Part shown: in pieces, positions 57,598 to 64,000 of the stretch
Position numbering within the stretch: position 1 is the first letter of the stretch
Layout of the letters: each line of letters opens with the position of its first letter
From: Clostridia bacterium
GTDB lineage: Bacteria; Bacillota; Clostridia; Oscillospirales; Acutalibacteraceae
Length of the DNA: 64,000 nucleotides
Direction of reading: 5' to 3'
NCBI GenBank assembly: GCA_017428525.1
Contig: JAFRQQ010000020.1
Coordinates: forward strand, 59,535-123,534
Program-made: the position numbers and the translations under genes
The notes under the pieces: model-generated
What the model was told of the DNA's origin: nothing
Database searches by the model: none
What the model saw: only the letters and a program-made list of their open reading frames with translations

Positions 57598-59100
57598 TTA
57601 TGCTTCTTTCTGATCCTGCAGCTCTTTTTCCATCGCGGCGCGTCTGGCGCGCAGCTGCTCAAGATCCATATACATGCGTTCGCGCGTTTCCTTGTCGATG
57701 TTGTAGAACAGCATCGGCAGCAGCGCAAAGAAATCAAAGATCAGATGCGGACCGAAGGCGATCAGGAACAGGCGCCATTTCGTCTCCTGCGTCTGAATCG
57801 CGGTTTCGCCGATCTCATATTTTGCCCAATCCTGCAGCAGATGCGCGTTGACGATGCGCAGGATCGCATCCTTGATCTTGGTGAAATAGCCGTTGATCAG
57901 ATTGATCGTCGCCTCCACGCGGAAGCCGTTTTTCCATTCGCAGTAGTCGAGCACCTCGTAATTGATCTCCTGCCCGACGATGCCCTTCGTGGCGTAAAAC
58001 ACCATCTCGAGAATGTTGCCTGCGCCGAAGGCGAGCGACATCGGCAGCTTCTTCTGGTAGAAGCCGTTCTTCTCGCCGCCGATCAGGCCGGTGACAAAGA
58101 ACAGCGCTTCGCTGATGAAGATCGAGCCGCTCGAGAAATACCAGAGCATTTTGGTCGAGAAGCGTTCGCGGAATTTCGGGGCGAACGCGTAGGACGCGTA
58201 GGAAACGGGCATGCCCGGGATGCCGGCCACCGTGGTGAGCATGTTGAAATTGAGCACGTCGTTATAATAAAGGTCTTCGCCCGAGCCGATGTCGATACCG
58301 CCGATCAGACCGGAAAGCGTGTAGATCAGCAGCGGCCGGTTCCGGAAGACGGAGAGGATGCCCTTGACCGGGTGCGGCGGTTTTTCACTCTGCGGCACGC
58401 GCTCCTTGCTCACGATATACCAGAAGATCGTGGGCACGATCGCGATGATCCAGACCGTAGTCTTGAACGCGATGAAAACCTTCGTCATGGACACCTTCAG
58501 CTTCCCGTTGCCGATCAGGTCGTAGATCAGGCCGAGGATCTGCGACGGGAGCTTGGAGATCAGGTCGCGCACGAAATTCGCGCTCACGAGCAGACTGGTT
58601 CGTTCGTTCGGATTCGGCGTAAAGACGTTTTCGATGTAACCGCCGCCGCCGAAGAACGCGCCGATCGTTTCATTGAAATACTGCAGCACCATGTAAGCAA
58701 CCAGCTTCTGCCCGGTGGTCAGGCCGAAATACGCGGCGATCAGCGGCAGGAAGCAGGTGTATAGGCCGGAGAGAATGCTCGGCAGCATCGCTAAATACTG
58801 GAAGGGCTTGAATTTGCCCCAGCGCGTGCGCATATTATCGATGATCGCGGCGGTCACGGGGTCGTTGACCATATCATACACGGTCAGCGCCGCGGTGGCG
58901 TTGGCCAGCTTTTTCGGTTCCAGACCGAAGATTTTATAAAGCCAGATATCCGCGCCCACGTCGTATTTGCCAAGGCTGAGCGTACCGAAGGCTTTGTAGC
59001 CGACATAGGCGATGCGTTCCTTCGTGGTGCAGAACAGACGGTCCATATAGGCCTGATCCATCTGCAGCTGCTCGCCGTCCCGTCTGATTTCATCCGCCAT
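57598..59100 (-). CDS. MFS transporter, GPH/MelB-like family
   Basis: YDMVNDPVTAAIID..RTRWGKFKP, TPNPNER, C-terminal FYNIDK..RERMY.DL; about 12 TM helices. Confidence 0.8.
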   Translation of the reverse strand: MADEIRRDGEQLQMDQAYMDRLFCTTKERIAYVGYKAFGTLSLGKYDVGADIWLYKIFGLEPKKLANATAALTVYDMVNDPVTAAIIDNMRTRWGKFKPFQYLAMLPSILSGLYTCFLPLIAAYFGLTTGQKLVAYMVLQYFNETIGAFFGGGGYIENVFTPNPNERTSLLVSANFVRDLISKLPSQILGLIYDLIGNGKLKVSMTKVFIAFKTTVWIIAIVPTIFWYIVSKERVPQSEKPPHPVKGILSVFRNRPLLIYTLSGLIGGIDIGSGEDLYYNDVLNFNMLTTVAGIPGMPVSYASYAFAPKFRERFSTKMLWYFSSGSIFISEALFFVTGLIGGEKNGFYQKKLPMSLAFGAGNILEMVFYATKGIVGQEINYEVLDYCEWKNGFRVEATINLINGYFTKIKDAILRIVNAHLLQDWAKYEIGETAIQTQETKWRLFLIAFGPHLIFDFFALLPMLFYNIDKETRERMYMDLEQLRARRAAMEKELQDQKEA

Positions 59101-59968
59101 GGACCGCACCCTCCTTCTCCGGCGTTTCGGCGTCGTCCTGTGCCGGCACCTGCGCGACTTTCTCCGCATGCTCGTGCAGCATCTGCGCTTCCTTTTCCTC
59201 GCGCTTTTTCTGCATCCGGCGGTACTGCTCCTGCCGCAGCTCCTCCGGCGTCATCGTCGTTTGCAGCTCGAAGTATTCCTCGATCGGGATGCCGCCGACG
59301 TAGCACTGCTTATGCCGCACGGAGATCCCCTGATGCAGAACGGCGAAATCCACGGCCGCGTTGACAAGCAGCAAAAGCAGATAAAGATACATGCCCGCGG
59401 CGGGTTTGCCGGTCAGCACGGCGTCGGATCGGTCGGCAAGGAAGATGAACAGCGCGCCGAAGGCGCTCAGCAGCAGCAGCGCGTGCAGCACGACCGCCCT
59501 GCCCTTCGCCCGCTTCCCGCAGGCCATGGTCAGGCAGATGAAGTGGACGAGCCAAAGCACAACGGACGCGAGCAGCAGCATCAGGCTCGCCGTCAGCAGG
59601 CGATCCGCCTGCAGAAAGCCGGACTTGCCGATGGTATCCACGCTGTTATAGATCGTCACCAGCGATATGTTGCCGCTGAAGGACGAATAGGCCGGATTCA
59701 GCGTCGCCTTGAGAATGGGCAGCAGCAGCGCGAACACCGGAAGAAACGACGTTATGATGCGCACGACCGCCAGCTTCGAGCCGACAAAGGACGCTTTCAG
59801 CCGGTCGATCTTTTTCTGAAAATGATAGTGCTGCACCTCGGCGATATCCGCCTGCTGCATTAGCCGCTCCTGCAGGTCGTAAACAACGATGTTCGCGCCG
59901 CAGTGCGGGCAGTGCTGCCGCCAGTCCGTCATCTTCAGATGCACGCCGCATTTCGGACAGTCTGCCAA
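59090..59968 (-). CDS. Hypothetical membrane protein with N-terminal zinc ribbon
   Basis: CPKC..CPHC, about 4 TM helices, charged coiled-coil tail; TTG start after GGAGGGAG. Confidence 0.7.
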   Translation of the reverse strand: MADCPKCGVHLKMTDWRQHCPHCGANIVVYDLQERLMQQADIAEVQHYHFQKKIDRLKASFVGSKLAVVRIITSFLPVFALLLPILKATLNPAYSSFSGNISLVTIYNSVDTIGKSGFLQADRLLTASLMLLLASVVLWLVHFICLTMACGKRAKGRAVVLHALLLLSAFGALFIFLADRSDAVLTGKPAAGMYLYLLLLLVNAAVDFAVLHQGISVRHKQCYVGGIPIEEYFELQTTMTPEELRQEQYRRMQKKREEKEAQMLHEHAEKVAQVPAQDDAETPEKEGAVHGG

Positions 59969-60011
59969 GAGTCTCCCTCCCTCATTCGGTGATTTTCGCG
60001 AGAAACCGATC

Positions 60012-60389
60012 TCAGTATTCGATCAGGATCGCATCAAACTTGCATTTTGACGCGCATACGCCGCATTGGAAGCACTTTTCCTGGTCGATCTCAAACGGCT
60101 CCTTGATCTTGCCCTTGGGCGCATTCGCCTTGCACACGCGGCTGCACAGGGAGCAGCCCTTGCATTTCTCGGGCAGGATCGTCACTTTTCTGATCTTTTT
60201 GTAGCCCTCGGGCGCATGGATGGCGCTCACGGGGCACACATGCGCGCACTGGCCGCATTCCGCGCACACTTCTTCATTGATTCTATAAAGCGAGGCATCG
60301 TCGTTCGCAGCGGAAATCGCGCCGAACAGGCAGGTAAACGCGCAGCCGCCGCAGCCGACGCAAACGGATTCATCAATTCTGAACGCCAT
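60012..60389 (-). CDS. Polyferredoxin with four [4Fe-4S] motifs
   Basis: CVGCGGCAFTC, CAECGQCAHVC, CKGCSLCSRVC, CFQCGVCASKC. Confidence 0.92.
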   Translation of the reverse strand: MAFRIDESVCVGCGGCAFTCLFGAISAANDDASLYRINEEVCAECGQCAHVCPVSAIHAPEGYKKIRKVTILPEKCKGCSLCSRVCKANAPKGKIKEPFEIDQEKCFQCGVCASKCKFDAILIEY

Positions 60390-60391
60390 AA

Positions 60392-60643
60392 TTAACCTCC
60401 CGATGCAGGAGAGAGGAGCCAGACCTCGTCTCCGTCGTTGAATTTCTGCCGTTTTTTCTTGCAGTGCTCTCCGTTGACAAAGACCGTCGCGTCGGTGAAC
60501 GAAAGACTGCTTTTCTGCTCGCCGACGGCAATCTTATTCAGCGCCTCCAGCAGATCGGAGAGCTTTTCTGCCTGGATTTCAATATCGGAAATGTGCGTAT
60601 CCACGCGGTAAACGCCGAAGAGCTTGACCTTCACTTTTGCCAT
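60392..60643 (-). CDS. moaD: MoaD/ThiS family sulfur carrier
   Basis: VKVKLFG start, VFVNG, C-terminal LLSPASGG. Confidence 0.88.
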   Translation of the reverse strand: MAKVKVKLFGVYRVDTHISDIEIQAEKLSDLLEALNKIAVGEQKSSLSFTDATVFVNGEHCKKKRQKFNDGDEVWLLSPASGG

Positions 60644-60656
60644 CACACAGACCTCC

Positions 60657-62600
60657 TTATTCGGGCGTTCTCGCGGCGGCAACCGCCTGATCGTAAACGG
60701 ATTTATCAATATCAAAGCCGAGCGTTTTCAGCCGATGCCAGGTGGGAATGCCGTCTTTCCACCCTCTGGCGCGGTAATAGACCTTCTTCATCTGCTCGAG
60801 CGGCACCTTCGTCTTTGGATTGTTCGGATCCTGCAGCTCGTCGGTCAGGCGCTTCGGGAGCTTATCCGCGTCGGCCTTCTGCCCGAGAATGACGTTGGCG
60901 ATGCGCTCGCAGTTGTAGCCGTAAGCGCCCCAGGTGAGGTATTTCGCCATATTGGAACGCATGCCGGTGGCGTGCTTGACGGCGATCGCGTGCGGCAGGA
61001 GCGGAATATTGATCTGCGGCACCTTGGTGAAGTGGCTGAGCAGATTCACGACCGGGCCGACATACGGGAACGCTGCAAGGACGATCCGCGTGAGCAGCAG
61101 ATTCGGCTTGCCGATCAGGAAGCCGGGCAGCACGGCGTAGCTCGTGAACATGCAGCTGCCGCCGGCGGAGACGGCCTCCATCAGATTCTGGAACATGATG
61201 CCGATGGCCGCCTTGCCGTGCGGCGTGAGGGAATTGACGTCCAGACCGAGGCCTTCCACAACGACCATGTAGCCGGCGTTCAGGTGGCAGCCGCCGCGGT
61301 TGGCGGTCGCATAGCCGAGGCCCTGCCCGACGGCGTGGCGCGGCTCATAGGCCGCGAGCTCCATGCCCTTGGCGTGGATCGCGTATTCCTTGCCGCCGAA
61401 TTTTTCGCTCATGCGCTTCGTGCCGTCGGCAAGCTCGTTGCCCTCGCCTCTGCGGAAAGCGATGTCCTCAAACATCTGCGAAAGATTGTCCGTTTCGCCG
61501 AAATGCACGCCGAAATCATGCACGCCCTTTTCGGCAAGCTCCATGGCAAAGGCGACGGAGCCCGCGCACGAGATGGAATCCATGCCGAGCTCATCAAGCT
61601 CGTAATTCCATTTGAGGATCTTTTCGATATCGTCGTTGAGAATATTCGGGCCCAGCAGACCGAGCGTTTCCAGCTCCGGCCCCTTGACGACCTTGCCGTC
61701 CACATTGACGCGCCGCGCGCAGCGGATCACGCAGCCGGTGCACGCGCCGTTGGAAACCAGATGATGCTCCGCGAGCTCTTCGCCGGAGACCTTCTCAAAG
61801 CCGTCGAATCTGCCGGCGGAGAAATTCTTGGTTGCGAGGATGGAGTGCGCCTGCATGGGCGCTACCAGACCGGCGCTGCCCAGCTTCGGCAGCTGCCTGC
61901 CGGTGAGCGGATGCGTGTGCAGGAGCTTGGTCCATTTGCCGTTCAGGGTCTTGAGCTTTTCTTCATTGTGAATCGCGGGGAGCTTTGTGCCGAACGCGGT
62001 CACGGCTTTCAGCTTCTTGTCGCCGAATACAGCGCCGACGCCGCCGCGGCCGGCCGTGCGTTCATTGCTGAATACGCAGGCATACAGCACCTTGTTTTCA
62101 CCGGCGGGGCCGATGACAAGGCGACCGGGATACTTGGCCAGCTTCTCCTGCGTTTCGCCCGTGGTCAGACCCCACAGCTCCTCCGCGCTCTCAAACTGCA
62201 CGTCGTCGCAGGTGATGTGCACGGTCACGGGCGCTTCGCTCTTGCCGGAGAAAATGACGGCGTCATAGCCCGCGCGCTTGAGCGTCAGACCGAAATCGCC
62301 GCCGCAGTTGGAGGAAGTGACGATATTGGTCAGCGGAGAAATGGTGGAGATGTTGAAGCGGGAGGTGTTCGGACAGCCGCAGCCGGTCAGCGGGCCGGTC
62401 GTGACGACCAGCCAGTTATCCGCATCAAACGCCTTCATCCCGGGCTTGATATGATGCAGCAGGATATCGCCCGCCATGATTTTGCCGCCGAGCGTGCGTT
62501 CCCTGTCCTTGTCGGTCCACGGGAACTCCTCCCAGGTCTGTTTCGTCAGGTCGACGAACAGCACTTTACCCATATAGCCTTTATAATTGGTCAAGATCAT
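60657..62600 (-). CDS. aor: Aldehyde:ferredoxin oxidoreductase (W/Mo-pterin AOR/WOR family)
   Basis: GKVLFVDLT, SPLT..SSNCGG, AGRGGVGAVFGDKKLKA, CTGCVIRC, GPELET, DELGMDSIS, YEPR..GLGYATANRGGCH. Confidence 0.93.
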   Translation of the reverse strand: MILTNYKGYMGKVLFVDLTKQTWEEFPWTDKDRERTLGGKIMAGDILLHHIKPGMKAFDADNWLVVTTGPLTGCGCPNTSRFNISTISPLTNIVTSSNCGGDFGLTLKRAGYDAVIFSGKSEAPVTVHITCDDVQFESAEELWGLTTGETQEKLAKYPGRLVIGPAGENKVLYACVFSNERTAGRGGVGAVFGDKKLKAVTAFGTKLPAIHNEEKLKTLNGKWTKLLHTHPLTGRQLPKLGSAGLVAPMQAHSILATKNFSAGRFDGFEKVSGEELAEHHLVSNGACTGCVIRCARRVNVDGKVVKGPELETLGLLGPNILNDDIEKILKWNYELDELGMDSISCAGSVAFAMELAEKGVHDFGVHFGETDNLSQMFEDIAFRRGEGNELADGTKRMSEKFGGKEYAIHAKGMELAAYEPRHAVGQGLGYATANRGGCHLNAGYMVVVEGLGLDVNSLTPHGKAAIGIMFQNLMEAVSAGGSCMFTSYAVLPGFLIGKPNLLLTRIVLAAFPYVGPVVNLLSHFTKVPQINIPLLPHAIAVKHATGMRSNMAKYLTWGAYGYNCERIANVILGQKADADKLPKRLTDELQDPNNPKTKVPLEQMKKVYYRARGWKDGIPTWHRLKTLGFDIDKSVYDQAVAAARTPE

Positions 62601-63234
62601 TCCTCCTTATCTGAAGTGATCGGATCTCATTGTTGTCGTAAATATACAGCAGACCGGCGCTCTGCGTGTGCCCGAGAAAATAATCGATCGCGAGCTTTGC
62701 CTCATAAGCGCCGATAATCGCGGCAGTCGAGCTCGGCGAACGGTTTTTGATGCCCGCGCCGTCCAGGCAGCCCGCCGCGGAAAGATCCGGCGTTTTGCCG
62801 GGAATGCAGAGATACGCCGTGCCGAAAAAGCCGTTGATGCTGCCGTTGACAAAGGGCTTGCCGCTTGCCGCGCAATCCGCGTTGACCGCCCTTCTCGTTT
62901 CGAGATTGTCCACGGCGATCAGGACGATTTCATAGCCGTCGCACAGGGCCGCTTCATAAGCGCCGGCATGATACGCAATCTCCGTTTCCGGCGCGTAGGC
63001 TTGCAGACGCGCGGCGAGCAGACGGGCTTTTTCTTCGCCGACATCCGCGCCGGTGTAGAAATACTGCCGGTTGAGGTTGCGCGCCTCCACGCGGTCATAA
63101 TCGATCAGCAGCAGTCTGCCGATGCCCGCGCCGGCCAGATGGACCGCGATATTCGTGCCGAGACCGCCGCAGCCGATGACGGCCGCGCTGTGCCCGGAAA
63201 TATCAAAGCCCTGAATCTCCGATTTCAAGCTCAT
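62581..63234 (-). CDS. moeB: ThiF/MoeB family adenylyltransferase (no obvious CxxC zinc motifs)
   Basis: VIGCGGLG, DYDRVEARNLNRQ, AVDN..TR; adjacent to moaD. Confidence 0.8.
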   Translation of the reverse strand: MSLKSEIQGFDISGHSAAVIGCGGLGTNIAVHLAGAGIGRLLLIDYDRVEARNLNRQYFYTGADVGEEKARLLAARLQAYAPETEIAYHAGAYEAALCDGYEIVLIAVDNLETRRAVNADCAASGKPFVNGSINGFFGTAYLCIPGKTPDLSAAGCLDGAGIKNRSPSSTAAIIGAYEAKLAIDYFLGHTQSAGLLYIYDNNEIRSLQIRRNDLDQL

Positions 63235-63725
63235 TTTCCGTAATTCCCTCCGCAGGACTGCGTGTTGCCGCTGAGCGTTTCCACCGCGTGGGGCAGCACG
63301 GGCAGCACGACGTCGATGCACTCGCGCACCGCCTTGGGACTGCCGGGCAGATTGATGATCAGCGTTTTGCCGCGAATGCCGCTGACCGCGCGGGAAAGCA
63401 TGGCGCGAGGCGTGATCTCCAGACTCTTTGCCCGGATCGCCTCGGCGATGCCCGGCGCTTCCTTCTCAATGACCGCTTTCGTCGCCTCGGGCGTGACGTC
63501 CCGCGGCGCAAAGCCGGTGCCGCCGGTGGTCAGCACGACGTCCGCGCCGCATTGATCCGCAAGCTCGCACAGCGCCTGCATGATTTTTTCTTTTTCATCC
63601 GGCACAAGCCGGTACTCGTTTTCAGCAGACAGCGCCCGGACGCATTCCGCGATGGCCGGACCGCTGCGATCCTCACATGCGCCCGCAAAGCATCTGTCGC
63701 TGACACATACAATTCCGAATTTCAT
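63231..63725 (-). CDS. mog: Molybdopterin adenylyltransferase MogA/MoaB
   Basis: VSDR, DRSGP, VPDE, TTGGTGFAPRDVTPEAT, SRAVSGIRG..NLPGSP. Confidence 0.92.
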   Translation of the reverse strand: MKFGIVCVSDRCFAGACEDRSGPAIAECVRALSAENEYRLVPDEKEKIMQALCELADQCGADVVLTTGGTGFAPRDVTPEATKAVIEKEAPGIAEAIRAKSLEITPRAMLSRAVSGIRGKTLIINLPGSPKAVRECIDVVLPVLPHAVETLSGNTQSCGGNYGK

Positions 63726-63839
63726 AGAATCACCCAATATATTTTAACATACAAAAAAAGAAAATTCAATAAATTTCTCTTTATTCTTTCTTCAAAGTGT
63801 GTTAAAATGAATCAAAATGAATCGCAGGACGGTGCAATC

Positions 63840-64000
63840 ATGCTCCAAGTTGTGACAAAAGAAGCAGCAATTGCCATCATCAGGGAAAAAACGGCGCACC
63901 TGACCGCGCAGACGCAGCGCGTGCCGCTTGCCGACGCGGCAGGCAGGATCCTCGCGGCGGATCTGATCGCCGATGAGGACATCCCGGCGTTTGACCGCTC
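63840..64000 (+). CDS. moeA: Molybdopterin molybdotransferase MoeA, N-terminus (runs off the window)
   Basis: Manual translation MLQVVTKEAAI..VPLADAAGRILAADLIADEDIPAFDRS. Confidence 0.85.
   Translation, partial: MLQVVTKEAAIAIIREKTAHLTAQTQRVPLADAAGRILAADLIADEDIPAFDR

Noticed and set aside
1248-62717. Many long antisense or alternate-frame ORFs (e.g. 1248..3278, 10265..12514, 40673..43108, 53713..56052, 60624..62717)
   Set aside because: They mirror well-supported genes, lack motifs and RBS, and are expected in GC-rich DNA where stop codons are rare.
1-64000. tRNA, rRNA, IS/transposase, integrase, prophage or defence genes
   Set aside because: No supporting motifs or compositional islands were seen by eye; AT-rich stretches are limited to short promoter spacers. 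tRNAscan-SE and Infernal would be needed to exclude small RNAs fully.

Overview
This is a gene-dense, GC-rich core chromosomal segment of a spore-forming clostridial bacterium (Oscillospiraceae/Ruminococcaceae-like, inferred from gene content and synteny). Most genes lie on the minus strand. In window order it contains: ygiQ-like radical SAM, ftsK/spoIIIE and tepA; a sirtuin; a G3PDH-like FAD/[2Fe-2S] trio; the conserved yloC-remA-gmk-rpoZ-priA-def-fmt-rsmB-rlmN-prpC-prkC-rsgA cluster, followed by a 25-aa spoVM that the ORF track misses; scpA-scpB-DUF2953-gerW-dacB-rluB; a lipoprotein/response regulator/histidine kinase unit; comEC-holA-toprim-ispF-cdaA-cdaR; T-box-controlled alaS; spoIIGA-sigE; an SGNH/PTS-IIC/ceramidase-fold/SEDS operon; an ECF sigma with a beta-propeller anti-sigma; pdaA-like; and a W/Mo-pterin aldehyde:ferredoxin oxidoreductase cluster. 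I saw no rRNA, tRNA, CRISPR array or mobile element. The strongest novelty candidate is a single polypeptide fusing a degenerate ECF-sigma-like domain to a transmembrane helix, WG repeats and an SH3b domain. It sits directly after sigE, where sigG usually lies, behind a sigmaA promoter carrying tandem Spo0A boxes. Other leads are a ComEC with a catalytically dead nuclease domain, an unexplained structured intergenic element, an AOR with a hydrophobic insertion co-transcribed with membrane proteins, and a secreted ceramidase-fold enzyme. All family calls come from motif recognition by eye; no database searches were run.
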